From contig JAAOMT010000134.1 in the NCBI GenBank assembly GCA_016748015.1, forward strand, positions 1,060,757 to 1,124,756: a stretch of 64,000 bases of DNA, written 5' to 3'. Below the pieces are notes generated by a model. The model searched no databases and was not told the origin of the DNA. It was given only the letters and a program-made list of their open reading frames with translations. The stretch comes from Geosiphon pyriformis uo1. Taxonomy: Eukaryota; Fungi; Glomeromycota. A program made the position numbers and the translations under genes. Shown here one piece after another: positions 1 to 14,534 of the stretch; within the stretch, counting starts at the first letter, position 1, and each line of letters opens with the position of its first letter.

Positions 1-475
1 CAAGAGCTATTGTTTCAGTGTAGTTAAGTATCAATTACTATTAATATTTAGAGTTGATAATAAGCAATTGGATTTGAGATGCTAAATAAGTATATTTATT
101 GATATTTTGGAATGATATATTTTTAACTAGAAATAGTAATTAATAAATTTCTGTCTGGAGATTCTTTCTTTTTTGCTTTTACTACTACTATTATATATAC
201 ATATTTTCTAGTTTACAGGATTGCTTTGGATTGTCTGTTTTTGCTAGTTATCACTTCGTTTTTTTACATTATAACTAATTATTCTATATTATAACACATT
301 ATCTAACATTATTATACGTTATTCTGTATTATCTTGCATTATAACATGTTATCCTATATTATAATGTATTATCCAATGTTATTGTGTATTATTCTGTGTT
401 CTTTTATATTTTATCACATTTTTTAGGTCATGTTTTTCTTTCTTTTTTTGATAGGCTTTCTTTCTTTAAGTAATA
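1..475 (-). mobile_element. Partial LTR (H) of the A/B Ty3/Gypsy LTR superfamily, inserted in LINE L1 ORF1 and cut by the window start
   Basis: 1-115 aligns with the LTR core at ~44922-45035 (caagagctattgtt..cagtgt..ttaagtat). Ends ...aagtaata, the reverse complement of a decayed TGTTAC terminus. LINE sequence resumes at 476. Confidence 0.75.
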
Positions 476-3400
476 GTATATAACAGATGTATTATGGTTT
501 GTTTTGTTGATGAAGCATCTAAGAAAACTGCTATTGGTTTTACTTCAGTTTTTAAAAGTGTAAATTTGTATTGGGCTGGTTTTTTTTTGGTCTGTTATGC
601 TTAATGCAAACAATTTGGTTATGTTTCTGATATGTGTTTAGTAAATAGGAATATGAATAATTGCAATAAATAAATGATCAATTCTTTGAATCAAATTTGT
701 CTGGTGAATATTTATAAAAAAAAACAGATGTTAATTGTTTATCCAGTTTTTTTTGTTATAAAACTTGGACTTAAATTGCTAATAGTTTTACTTCTTATAT
801 AGTTTTTTTGGTTTTTTTTGATGCTGATTTATTTTTAGATGTTAGATTTATCTTACTAATTTTTTTGAACATGAATAGTAAATTTGCTACTTTTAAGTAT
901 AATTTCATTAGTCTTGCAAAGCAAGTTAACAAACTGGCTAAAAAGTTGGATGTATTTGGGCCAATGGTTTCCTAGTTTAAACCTAAATGTCAGCTATTGG
1001 TAACTCTTTCATTACAGAATCAAGAGGTGAATATAGTAATAAGTAAAAGTTTAGGTGCAATCACTAGTAATAAGACTGTTGCAGATATAATAGTTATGGA
1101 TTTGTTAATAATTTTTAAATTGGAAAACAGTTTAATAAGTTTTTTAGATATGATTATAAGTCTTTTGGCCAAAGTAGACAATCTTGTTTTAGGATCAAAG
1201 TTTCATTCTTCTTAATAACCAGTCTTGTTTAGAAGTTTACTATATATAATATTAAAAGTATTAATATTTTTGCTAGACAAAAAGATGTTGTTTGTTGATA
1301 TACAGATATTGGTAATATGGTTTTTTTTATTATGGAAACAAAATTGAAGATTAATATTAAGTCATAAATTGTTAATAAGTTTAATAAAGTATATATCTTT
1401 ATATTTGAATTGAATAAAGATTTTTTTGATGCTGAAATGGTTATTATTATAAACAATTTTTTGGTTAGACATGTTTTTAAAATAAAAAAGATCTCTAATT
1501 ATGTTGTTTTAGTGTGGCTTCTATTTAAAAACAAGCTTTTAGTCATATTTTTAGGCTTGTATGCTGGTGTTTCTATTGAAGCTAAGTTTGATCAAACTTT
1601 AAATGTCAATTTTTTTATTGTCAAGACTGTTAACTTTAGCAATTTTGTCTTAAATAAAGATTTCAATAAAAATAAGTCTGGAAAAATACTAGTTTTAAGT
1701 TCTGTTTGAAATTGGGTTTGGTCAACTTGTTTGGTAAACATCCATTAGTCAGAGCCTTTACTTAGAGCAACTTAAAAAATGTTAAGAAAGTTATTGATTA
1801 CATTTTTGTAAGTAAAAGTTTGACATTAGCTATTGCTGATTATAGAGTTGACTCTGTATTCAACTTTTTTAACACTAATTACAAGACTGTTTTAGTATTA
1901 ATTGATTTAAGTGGTCTTTTGAATATTTATTTAAATAGTATGTACAAGCAAGTTAATATAGATTATTGAAAGTTCAAAATCAAAAATGCTAATAGTATTA
2001 AATAAATGTGATTTAAAAAATGTTTTTCTATCAAGTTTTTAGTAATAAAGGATAAGTTTTTAGAAACAAAAACTAATAGTAATTTGGATACTATGTGGAA
2101 TTTGTTGAAAAAAATAATAGTAGATTTAACTAATAAAACATTTTTTAAACATTGGTTTAATAAGTTTTAGTGTTTAAGAAACTGGTAGTCTTTAAAGTTT
2201 TTTGGGTTAAAGTTGTTGATTGCCAAGATTGTTAAAAAATTAGGCTTGAGTAATATGTCTAAATTTGATTGTTTTGCTAAAAAGTAATAGACTTTGGATA
2301 ATAATAAAGCTTTCAAAATTTTAGATATAATTTAAAACAATAAAAAATTATCAGATATTTTCAAACATTTGTCAATAGTTTAAAAAAGATACAAAAAGTC
2401 TAAGCTTTATAAATTAAAATTAGCTAAGATGTTTATTAAAAAGACAATTAAAAAGCATATGGAAAGTTTTTGTTCTGATAAAAAAAGCATAATAAAAAGT
2501 ATTTTAAATTAGTTTTTTCATAAGGTAGTTTTGAATTATTTAGTAGTAAAAAATAAATTGATTCTGAAACCTGAGGAAATGAAACTTAATATTAATAAAA
2601 TTATACAGATTTAGACAAAAAAACAGGCTGTGTTTCAAGTAATGCTTAATATATAGATCCACTAATATGCATCATTGAACTATATAGATGATAATATTTT
2701 TTTTGATGTAATAAAAGAAATCAGTATGGTGAAATTGTTTTTAGTAATTAATGATCTGCCTAATAGCAAAGCTATTAGTTTGTTTGGTATTCCTAATAAA
2801 CTTTGGAAGCATAGTAGTGATGAAATAGTAGAGTGTTTTCTGAATTTGCTAAATAAATGGTTGTTTCTTGGTAGTGTTTTAGTTTTGTGGAAAAAAGCTT
2901 GAGTTTTAATAATTTTTAAATCTTATAATTGAAATGAAGTTTTGACAAACACCTAATCTATTGCTTTGGTTAAAATGGCCAGGAAAATTCTTTCCAAAAT
3001 TCTATCTAATCAAATTTTGTCTGTATATAGCAAGTTTGGTGTTTTTTGTGATAATAATTTTTCTGTTTTAAAGAGCACATCTACTCAATTTCTTGTGTTT
3101 GCTGTTAGGTCGGTAATTAAAGATGTTTTAAAAAAGAATAAAAAATTTTGGCTGGTTTTGCAGAATATGTGCAAAACATATGACTTAGTTAGTCAGCATT
3201 ACTTAAGGACTAGCTTGTAGTAAATCAAAATGTGTGACAGATTTATAAAATTTTTTGGCAGCATATATAAGGATAAAATTAATTAAGTGATAACTAATTT
3301 TGGTTTTTTAGGTGGCTATAGAATATATAATAAATTGGATCAGAGTTAAGTTTTCTCACCTCTTCTTTGAAAAAATTTTTATGATTTACTTTTGTGTGAG

Positions 3401-5945
3401 ATTAAAAGACATAAACATTTGTGCAAATACTGAATTGATACTAAGTTTATGGCCAAAACAAACAGGATCAAGAATAATGGTAGAATGGTTTTCTTTTTTG
3501 CAGCTGGTGTATTTGTAAATAATACAATTTGGATTAGGAATTGTCAAGCTTCTACACAATAGGCTTTAAACATTATTAATAAATTTTTTTTAATCAATAA
3601 TATTTTATCAATCAAGACATTAAAATTATATCTTTAAAAATCAGTAATCTACCAATTTTAATAGCCAAGAAGAGTAAAATTCACAGATATCTGGAAATTT
3701 CTTTGTTAACTAAGAAGTTGTTTAAGCCAAATTTGGTCAAAACTTATTCTAATATTCAATTTTTTGTTAATATAATACTCAAGAAAGCTATTATGGATAA
3801 GCAGTTTTCTTATTTAGTGTTGGCCATTTTGCAATTCAGAGTCAATTATAAGACTCAATTCAGTTTTGTTTTATTAAGCATGTGTCACAAGTGAAATGTT
3901 ATGGTCAGAAAAGATCTCAAGTCTAAAGCCAATTTGTTATGTAATTTCTTTAATAAGACTTTGTATTATTCTTTTTTATATAATTTAAAACTGTTTAAGC
4001 AAATCCAATCAAAAAAAAAATTGGCTGTATTCATTATCTTTTTTAATGCTTCAAACATTCTTGAATGTTTATTTAATTACAGGTTCTTGGATTTACAGGT
4101 TTTGAATTGGGCTTTTTTAAATTCTTTGCAGTTTTTTATTAAGCTACATATTAGTCTAGTAAACAATTTTTTGACTGGGGTGGTGAAAATTTTTTTGGAC
4201 AATAAGTTGTCTTTGATGAACAATCTGCTTAATATATTTTATAGTTCTGGTAAGTTTTAATGTTAGTAGTTTTAGAAAAAACTTTGTATTTTAGTTTTAT
4301 TTGTTCTTTGAAGCAATTTGAAATTGCATTCTGTGATAGACTTTTGAATAAAAAAGACAATATAATAGACTGAAAAAAATTGAATTCTAAGAGCTCTGTG
4401 TCTTGTTGGTTTAAGCTTACATTAAAATTTTTGCATAATAGAGGTTCTGTGTTAATTAATTCTGCTAAAATTGTTTAATTAGTTGGCTTGAGCATTTTGA
4501 ACTCTAAAAAGTTTTCTAATGTACAGAGTAGTTTACACAAGATTTGGTTTGGTACAATTGAAATTTATATTGATAAGTTGTTAAAAAATGCTGGTTTTGT
4601 TAATGTTGCTAGTGGGGCAGCCACTTACTTTTTAGCTGTGAATATAGGTATTAGTGTTAGAGTACATGGGCTTTTGTCTTTTATTATGGCCAAATTACAG
4701 GCTGTTGTTTTGTCCTTGAAGTGTGTGTTTTTTTTGTGTAGTTGTTTTGTATCTGAACAGTTAAGCTGCTATTGATACATATGCATCTAAAACAATGTTT
4801 GCTTTACCAGATTTTCATAATTAATATTAGATAAAAAGAAAACACATTGCTAATTTGATAAGGAATAAAAATTTTACTGTGAGTTGAATAAAAATTAAAG
4901 ATTATTCCAGAATTTTTGACAATATAAAGACTACTTACTCTTCTTTTTCTTTGCCAAAAAAAGTGTAAGAACATTTTTTAATGGCTGAAAACACAGTTGT
5001 GTTTAGTAATACTTGTTATTTTGTTTAGAACTTATTTAGATTTATTTGTCAAGTTCAATAGAAAGCTAGTTTTAGCCATGATGTTATTTTAAGTGTGTTA
5101 ATCAAAAAAGTGGATTAGATAACTACTACAAAGATTTGACATCCTAATTTGTACATACTTGTTAAATCTATTAATAAAAAGTTTGTCAATTTGCACATAT
5201 ATATAATAAAAACTATACATAGATAGTTGCTAATGACAATTAGAAAGATATTATATGAAAAAAATATCTTAATGTACTGTGTTTGCTGTGTAGTAAGATG
5301 AAATTATCTGATCACATGTTTATTTGTATTTAAAATATTGGTATTTGAAAAAAAATTTTGGCTGAAGCTTTTACATAATAGATTATTTTGATAAGTGCTT
5401 ATAATTTGTTTTTTTTATAGTTTTGTAAACACTCTTTAGATGTTTTTTGAATGTGGGTCTGTATGTAGTGGTTTGCAAAAAGTTTGTGTTAAGAAATTGG
5501 TATTTGGAGGCTGTTGAAAGTTTTAATAAGAGAAAAAAAACTGTTTTCACTGTTATTAAATATGTAAAACATTTAGTAAAATTACACTATACTAAGAAGT
5601 AGCTGGTGAGATTTGGTTATAAGATGGATATAAAGAAAGCTGGATTGGTTAAAGATAATAATTTGATATCTGAACTGTCTTGTAGTATAGTGTTCATACT
5701 ATCAGATAAAATAATTTGGTTGCTTGATCTTATTAAATCTTTTGTAGTTAATTTTAATAAACATAAACCATGGTTTTTTTTTCTAGTTTGGGTAGTAATA
5801 TGTGTGTTAATATAAATATATAGTGTTGTTTTGGCTGGCTTGAATGATTAATTACATATAGTAAAAGTGTGAGTTATGTTTAGTTTAAGCCATTTAGTCT
5901 GGTTCTATGTACTAGATAGCAATTGGACTTTACTTAATAAATTTA
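476..5945 (+). mobile_element. Heavily degenerate LINE (L1): end of ORF1 with zinc knuckle, then ORF2 with APE endonuclease, RT, RNase H and C-terminal Zn motif
   Basis: Peptide fragments are collinear with the better preserved copy at 21170-27750 (LLFKNKL, RKILSKILS, QNMCKTYD, FVNNT for FVDDT, IYIDKL for VYTDGS). The 3' end gtactaga...ttggacttt plus A-rich tail is homologous to the L2 3' end. Many stops and frameshifts. Confidence 0.9.
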
Positions 5946-7150
5946 ATTTAAAAAAAATATATTAAAAAAATTTTAAAATACAAATTTAATAAAAAAAAGT
6001 TTAATATTGTTTTTAATAGTTAATTTATTATTTTGTTTAATAATATTAAACTGATTTTATAATTTAATAATACTATTTAAATTGTTAAAATATTGTAAAT
6101 TTATTATTTTAAAAACATTAAAATCAATAAATTTTATAATTAAATTTTAATATTATAAATTTATTATATCTTAAAAAAAATATAAAATTGTTTTAATTAT
6201 TAATATTAAAAAAACTATCAAATATAACAAAAGTTGGTAGATTATTTTTTTATTATTTTTTCTGGTTATTTAACAATAGTAAAAAAAAAAATGAAAAAAA
6301 ACAACTTAATTATTAATTTTTTATTAAATATTTTAAAATTTTTAGAAAAAACAAAAACTATATCAAATAAATTTTTTTAATAAAGCTTTTAATTAAAAAT
6401 AAAAAGTGTTTTTAAATCAACAAAAAACTGATTAACTATTATTTTATTTAAGAAAAACACTTTTATAATATTATTTAAAAAAATTTATATTTTAAGAATT
6501 TTTAAATTTTATAAATAAAAAAAACACATTAATAAACAAATATTTTAAAATAGATTTAATTAAAAGCAAAAATTAAAAAATTAACATTTAAATATTTTAT
6601 TTTAGTAAATTAATAATAATTTATTAAAACTATATTTATCTATTTTTAAATTATTGGTTTTTATATTAACTTAAATTTTGGTTGTTGATTTTATATTAAT
6701 TTTATCATCTTTTATTTTTAGTTTTAACTAAATTCACAAGCTTTTTTATACCATTTTTATTGAATATAATTTGTTTATTATTTATGTAATTATAAATTTA
6801 AAAGTTAAATAAATACAAATTATTATTTTTTGTGTATAATTAACAATTTCTTATAATTATTTAATAAAAATATATTTTATCACATTTATATTATTTAAAA
6901 ATAAAATAATTATATGTTAAAAAATTAACACTTAAAATTTATTTATAGAAATAAAATAAAATTATAATAAAAAATGTTTATTTATTATAATTAATTATTA
7001 ATAAAAAAATCATTAAAACATCAATTATTTATTTAATAACAACATATTGTATTTTTATTTATTTCTTGATTATATAATTGTAAATACAATAATTCATCTT
7101 GTGTTTTTTAAAAATTCAACATATTGTTTTTTAATATTTTTAAAAATTTT
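5946..7150. other. Extremely AT-rich low-complexity tract, probably fully eroded repeat DNA
   Basis: Almost only A/T, no ORFs in the track, abrupt change to CpG-containing sequence near 7150. Confidence 0.6.
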
Positions 7151-7247
7151 GTCGCACTAGAAAGTTGGTCTAATACAGATTCTCAGATTAGGCAAAAATT
7201 GTAAATATTGGTTCTTTAAACAAAACCTTTGAAACAAAAAGACCTAA

Positions 7248-8969
7248 ATGACAAGCAACTCCAAAAATCACTCATCCAAACCCGAAAAAAAGTATGTTTT
7301 TAAATAAAATATATTCATTCAAATGATAGGTTTCAGTCTTTGACAAATTAATTTTATTTTGACTTAAAAGTGTCCGAGACGAGTTTCTGGCCCGTGTGCG
7401 ATACCGCCATGCCCCACATCCTCCTCCCTCTTCAATAAAAAGCCTGGCTATGCTTCCTGACCTGGAATCAATCACGTTGTATGCACGTGGAGCCAATTTG
7501 ACACACATCACTCCCATGTCTTTATTAACAGACAACTTCATGGGTATGAACTTGGATTTAAGCAGTATGAAAGCTGCCTTTATTGGGGATGATTCTGGTA
7601 CAGGTTTTGATTTTGATCCCTATTTTGATAATTGATGGTTGATTTCGTTAAACTAATTGTGATATATGAATTCACAGAATTGAATCCCCTTATATCTGAT
7701 CATGTTGAAGTTGATAATCGAGATGGGATCATGTTCATGAATATGAACGAAGGAGCCGCCAAATCACTAGGATCAAATGGAGTTATGGCCCAGCAAGAGC
7801 CGGTACCTTGGTTACGCCGAACTCAATACATCAGTTCTGAAGCGATTAATGTCAGGAGCAATTCACTACCAAGCATTGAAAGTCGGTAAGTTTTTTGTAT
7901 TATTATCGGGACTCATCAAATTGCTCTCCACTAAACCTTTATTTTTCTTCAAAGGATTGGTTATACTATCTCAAGATCAGGACAAAAAAGTAGGCCGACC
8001 GAACGTGCAGTTGATGCCGTTATTCGAGGCTTTGAATCGGCAAATAGTGTACATTTCCGAAAATCTCTTAAACACCCTAAAAAGCCGAATGTGGCACCTG
8101 TCGACTTCACCGAGATATATCCAAACTTTGATAGCTGGGGTATAAAGTATGCCTTGTGTTCTTTTGACGGGGATCCATACGATGGTGTCGAATTAGAGGA
8201 TGATTTAGTCAGCGACGTATGAGAATTTTTAATTTGCGAATGTTCTTGAGACTTACAGCTAACGTCGTACTATCTTCCTTTTCATATAAATTTTAGCCCG
8301 TAGCAGCTCAATCAAAAGTTGATCGGCTTGAAAAGGCTATTTTAAACCCGGTTAACGTAAACCACGAAAAATTCTTAATGTATTACCTCCCAACGAAAGA
8401 TGATGCATATCGACTGAAGGAAGAAAGCTCTTTATTTGAAAGAGATGAAGAAGAGGTAAGTAGAGAATTCCTTAAATTTGTTATCTTGTTTCTAATGTTT
8501 TTTATCTAAAGATTATTTAAAAAATTTATTAAAATAGTTATACCGTTATTCTTGGATTCGCGACTATAATTATGAAAATGCGGATTTAAACAGGCCTACG
8601 GCCGATCTTGTCTTCGTTTTTGATAAGCTTGAAGATTTAGAAAAGCAAGATGGGGAAGATCAAAGAATTGCCCGATTTAATGTGGTTCACGATAAACTTA
8701 CTCTGAAGAAAAAGCGGCGTCAGGTTTGTTTAGAATTTACAATGGCTTAAAAATCTGAAAACGATAAGTTAATTCTAGTCATTCCTTTCGTGATATAGAA
8801 TGCTCAGACAAAGACTATTCCTGAAGATTATGGCATGTCAAGGGTCCTGAAACTCGGCTATACCTCACATTCTGAAGAAATAAAATCAGCTCGAAGAGAG
8901 TCATTTTACAAGATTGATGTTGATGAGGGTGAAATTGATCACTTACTTGAAAACAAGAATACCATTTAA
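7248..8969 (+). CDS. PAF1: RNA polymerase II-associated factor Paf1-like protein, ~418 aa. Exons 7248-7291, 7371-7597, 7678-7885, 7955-8216, 8297-8455, 8538-8723, 8799-8969
   Basis: GT-AG introns give one continuous frame. Paf1-type motifs FLARVRYRHAPHPPP, VPWLRRTQYISSE, LKHPKKPN..EIYPNF..SFDGDP, YSWIRDYNY, ARFNVVHDKLTLKKKR. Confidence 0.8.
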
Positions 8970-9660
8970 AGAACAGATTAAATCCCTAGATCCCGGGTTC
9001 CCTGAAATTTTGGCTGGAAACACAATATTCGTCTCATGAATGTAAATAAAGCAGATTTTGGAGGTAAATCTTCAAAAGTTGTATTGGATTTTAGATATCG
9101 GTAGAGGAAATTAGAATGATAAAAACTATTCTACCTAACAGCAACAATTTCTAGGAATGGGAGAGTCAGAAGCAGAGTTGAAAAGCAGATTTTGGGAAAT
9201 AGAAGGACAAAATTGGGTTCAGCTAAAAATAAGAACTTTCTTCAATAGGGTAAAAAGTCAACAAGCACCAGTTTTGAAGCACCTACTTATACTTAAGCCG
9301 AGATCGAATTCTTCTGAAGGATCATGTGTTAACTATTTTGATCACCCACGAAGTTTTTATGAATATCCAAATAGAAGATTTGCCTGAGATCTTAAAGTTT
9401 CTTGCGAATATTTTCATCATACTTGGGACTCTGACATCTCGAAAGGGGAAGGATTTGCCTACTTAATTATCCGAGAAATTTTTATCTAGTTTTAAAATTA
9501 CTTTTCAATGAAAATATGTGGCATAAGAATAGTCCGATCTGCTGGAACTTAAATTGACCAATCAAGTGGGAAATCAAATCGAACAATGGTTAATGATAAT
9601 GAAATAAATTATGATTTCAACAAAAGGACTTGCGAGGAACAATTTCCTGATCTGCCTCAA

Positions 9661-12600
9661 TCATTTATAGCCTGCAGGATCAATCACCGTTTTTTCCTCG
9701 AGTTCTGCCAACAGCTCCTTTGCTAATTTGATGCTCTTAGCTAGTTCAGAAACTGATTGTTTCTCAACTCCCGGGGCGATCAATAAAAAATGAGAATTCA
9801 GCCTTGGTCTTGAAAAGGTATCAAAAAATATGAGAGCAAGAAAGACCTAACATTATATAAAAAGAAACGAGAAGACTTCAAAGGTTCATGGAGTTTACCT
9901 AATAGAAATTAGTTCATGGGGATTTTCGTCTTTTTGGATCCTTTCCGTAAGTATAAATTCCTCGTGTTTTTGTATAAAATCATCCAAGAGCACTTTGATT
10001 TGCTTGACGGCAGAGGTTGAAAGCAAAACTTTTTGTTGGAGCTAGACAAAAATTCTCAGTATAACACACTGATCATGAATCTTTGAATACATGGCAAATC
10101 TACCTCTTGAAATATTCGGAATAAAGCTTGAAAAAGTTGGGGCTCAAAGTCCCTCTGTTCAATCATTTGCCGGACTATATAGAGCATCATATCGATTGTA
10201 TTGCTATCGAGTATTTCTTGAATCCAGAGGGGACTTGATATTGTAAACTTGAAATGAAAAGTTGGCTTTATAAAGATAACTGTAAAGATCTGATATTCTT
10301 TTTAAATAATAAAGCTTACAAATTCGACCATCTTGAAAACACCTTGTAGAAGTCGCTTTCTTAGTAGTACTGATATAGATCCGTAAGTCTCGCGACTTTC
10401 AATCAATATATGATAGCGAGAAAAGCGAAGAAGATTTCGCAACATCAAAAAGTTCCATCTGTTTTCAACTAGATATGGTCCTGTGAATTTCAAGAGAAAT
10501 CAGCACGGATCCTTGAGATTGAAAGTCAAATCTTGGATCCTTTACCTAATTTTGGAGGACATTTTCTTTGTATTATTTGAAAACTTTCACTTATGGGGGA
10601 AAGCAAAATCCATGTATATTCGTTGTCAATCTAAGAATGGTAATTATAGTTAGTAGAAATTATTTGTTAGTGGCGTTTAAATAAAATTTTTATCAATACC
10701 TCGGATATAACCAAATCTCTTAAAATGATCCATATGTTAATATAAATACATCTTTCATTAGCCTTAAAGGCATCTCTTTTTATATCAAATCCTCTTTTCA
10801 TGAATGAACATAAGTGGCCTGTGTCATAAAAATTAAAGACAATAAATGCAGTTGTAAATCAACTGAAAATTTAAATATACCAACCAGCCATTATTGCGTT
10901 TTCATGTTTAGCTATTTTCAAAAATCCATCCAATTCGTTTATCGAGGGAAATAAGAATTTTTCCTAAATTGAAAGAACATTTATTAAGGCTTATCTGAGC
11001 AATTAATAATTAAATAAGACATGAAATTCAATCTACCTGTCTATTGTTGACATCATCTGGAATTGCCAAGTTCAATAGCCCTAAGATAGTTGACGTTATT
11101 TGAACCAAAATTTCCCATTCTCCTGTTTTTTTCTCAGTAAGACATTGGCTTTTTCTGGAAATCCAGTCACGAAGAGCAGGTAAAATCATGGGATGTTGGC
11201 GAATTTCGAGAAGAGCTATATATAAAATAAAACTAAGAATATGAGAAGGCAAAACTTACCAAACTCACATTTTCGTAAAAAATAAATTCCACCTTTTCCT
11301 CCTTTGAGGGTTGCAAGAATCGTCAAAAAATTAATAGTGTAGATAAATCGCTCAATTGCATACATTTGTTCTCGAGTTATATCATCAGAAAATAGTACAT
11401 CTATTTCATCCATGCTTTCTAAAAGTCTATTGTGCATAGTTAGTCATGTTGTTTTGAAATCCTATGAAATAATTTACCCAGAATACCTTAGAACATGATC
11501 CAAAACTGATCAAAATAAGAGGCTTAGAGAACTTGAAAATTATCCGTGCTCTTGAAGAAACAAAAGACAATCAAACCTCGAGACAATGGACTGATATTGT
11601 CGAATTTATTTGCATCGAAACGATAGCCTAATATCATTAAGGTGTGGTTGAGGCGCGGCCACCCTTTGGTAAAAGATTAATTAGTGCCAGATAGGTTGGC
11701 TAAAAGGGGTCATGCTAAGGCAAGTGTCCTTACATTGCAATGGGATATTTTCTATAGCACCAGAATCAATGAAGTGCTTAATCGTTTCACCCCAAAACGC
11801 CACTATATTTTGAAAGATCATATTACTGTCGAAACCATCAATGTTAAACTGGATGTGATTATTGTTGTAGCGGAGTGAAACAATGTAAAAAGTCAACGAG
11901 GAGATGATATTGAAAGGCAGGTAGATATCAGCAAACGCTTCAGCCTCGACATTTGAGCAAGCAAAAATTAGCTGTATTCAAAAAGAGTATATAAGAATGC
12001 AACATTAAAGAAACACAGACGTAAAAAAAAAAGTTACCAGTAATACTTCCATCGCAAATTTGTCGTTAAAAAGTAAATTGGCTACTTTGATAAATCGATC
12101 TTGATTTTGAGTGGGAAAGTTTAAATCGAATTTGCCAGAAATCACAACCGAAATATCAGGAAGTGATTCATTTTGAAAGTTAAAGGCCAGCCATTTTACC
12201 ATCTTTACAAAAGAGATTTAGCTGAAATATGTGAAAGGACCAAACAGAGATAAACCATCAAATCTACCAAGCTTTGGACGAATTCTTTTAGACTCCAGCT
12301 GCTGTTACATACTCTCCAAATCCAAGGTAGAAATATCTCGTAGTGTGCAAAAAAGATTTTTTCGACCTGTGCTTCATCATGGCTAGTATCATTCGCAAAT
12401 GTCGATTTTAGACCACCCAATATTTTGGAATATGTATGCGGCTTGAAATCTAAAAAAAAGCAAATCCAATGAGAGTTTAAAATAAATATTGAGGATTCAA
12501 ATTTTTCCAATAGATATATAAACTTTCCAAGACTGTTATTGATTTTTTTCTCAAACACCTACGAGAAAAATAAGAAAGGAATCAGCAAAACACCCATGAG

Positions 12601-14534
12601 CGTATGGACCAAATTATAATAAATTGGAATTTTCACTTACGATGAATAAAAATAAAAAATGAATCATCGACACGCCATGCAAAAATTCCAAAGACACGTA
12701 TTTTGTTAAAACTTTTAACAAAGCTCTGTAAGCATCAGCACCCATCGAGTCGCCAAAATCTGTAAAGCTTTAATTTCAAGAAATTAAAGAAAATTTATTA
12801 CAGTATATCAATAATTATTCATTATTATACCTTTTATCACCATTGGTTACCATCACAAATAATGTAGCAAGAGCAGCTCTATCCAGTTTCTGATTCACAT
12901 AGATCGGAGAGGTCGCTAGGTGCCCGTCACTCTCTCTAATGAGAATAGAGAGGATTTCGGAACAAGTTCCTATAAAATAATAAAATTTTATCCGAGTCTC
13001 ATCATCCTTTGAAGCAAATGAATTATACCTGGTAAATTTCCGAAAGCGAATTTCTCCGGCATGATACTTCCCTGTCGGGAGACTATATCTCCTGGTTCAT
13101 GAAATCCACACAATGTCCTTATGATCGCGATAATAAACCTATCAAAGCCATTTGTCACAGTGGGTTGGGCTTGTCTGAAGTCGTAGTTTGCTGATAAGGC
13201 AATTGAGAATAGCCCTGAGGATACTATTAGCAATTACAGGAAAGTGAGTATTTCAAACTGTTTTAAATAAAAGTACTAAACAATTTTCAAATTCTTACCC
13301 AGCTTTGATGCTAACAATTCTTTCCAGTTTTCTTTTCTGATCCTGAATTTATGATGAAGCTGTGAGAGATCAAAAAAGTCCGCCATCATTCTAAACAGCT
13401 CCGTTATTAAAAAATCGGCAGGTTGAATTGTTACATTGCTCTTAAGTTCAAGATATGACTGCAAAAGAATTATCATAAAAATAATATCTTATCAGGTAGC
13501 ACTTGTGATTATATTTACTATCATACCATTGCTAAGGGGATCAATATTTCGTCAAATTCTTGAACCATGGCTGGGATCATTCTTTCTATGAGTTCGGCCA
13601 TAGAGAGATAGTCCTGTCGCCTTAAATCTATGCTTTCTTGAGGATAATATCCACTCAGAAATTGGGAAATCCCTGCATTCAACTTTTGGATATGCAAACC
13701 AATAATGCAAATTATGGTGGAAGTAACCTGAAAAACTGTTCATTAAAACTTCAAAACTTCAATAGATTGAAGAATATTAGGGAAATGGTCAAAATAAATA
13801 TTTTCAAATGGAATGATTTGCGACTTACGACAATTAATACTGTGATCATATTTAAAGCGATGTTTTTCTTCAACCAATAGGGGCTCGTAAAATTCATTGA
13901 TCCAATAATAAGTGCCCTTTTCTTTTATATCCTCAACTAAATTTTCGAGGATAGTCCCGAAAAGTTTGCTTGAAATTTTCGAATTAATTGATGGCATTTG
14001 GAATTCAAAGAAAATTTCTTCAAATGATTGAATCAGCATAAATAAAAGCTTGAGCAGCAGGGGAAAAGCGATATACAATCGATCCTTGAGAATTAAACGA
14101 TTAGATGTAATCAAGTCTATAAATGGAATCAATAATTGATTTCAGGCAAAATAATACAGAAATTCACATGAATAACACATTTGATAAAATGGAACATATA
14201 CCTCCAAGAAAAAGACATAGGGTTCGGAATAACTCGAGAAAAAGCTCAGTTTTCTGATTATCCGTGAGAATATCGGTTAAATCAGCTTTCCATTCTTTTT
14301 CCAATTCCATCCAATCTCTTGAAAAAATCTGAACAGATGAATGAAAAAAATGACGAGAATTGACATAATTTTAATGCTTCGCGCAGGTAACGAGTCTTTT
14401 ACCTTATTTAAGGCATTGATCAATTGATCGACATGAGTTACATTCAATTCCAAAGAAGTATAAGCCTCTTCCAATAAATTAAAAATGAACCAAATTTCTT
14501 TAGAATTTTGTTCTTTGATTGATTGTTTCGACAT
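9661..14534 (-). CDS. Large multi-exon uncharacterised protein, probably alpha-helical and >1000 aa; exon structure only partly resolved
   Basis: ATG at 14534 (MSKQSIKEQ...). Regular GT-AG introns separate open Leu/Ile/Phe-rich exons. Last exon ends ...EEKTVIDPAGYK-TGA at 9661. CpG is retained. No family recognised. Confidence 0.7.

Noticed and set aside
997-5815. Alternative genetic code or stop readthrough to explain the many stops
   Set aside because: Stops are of all three types, differ between copies and come with frameshifts; host genes read normally.
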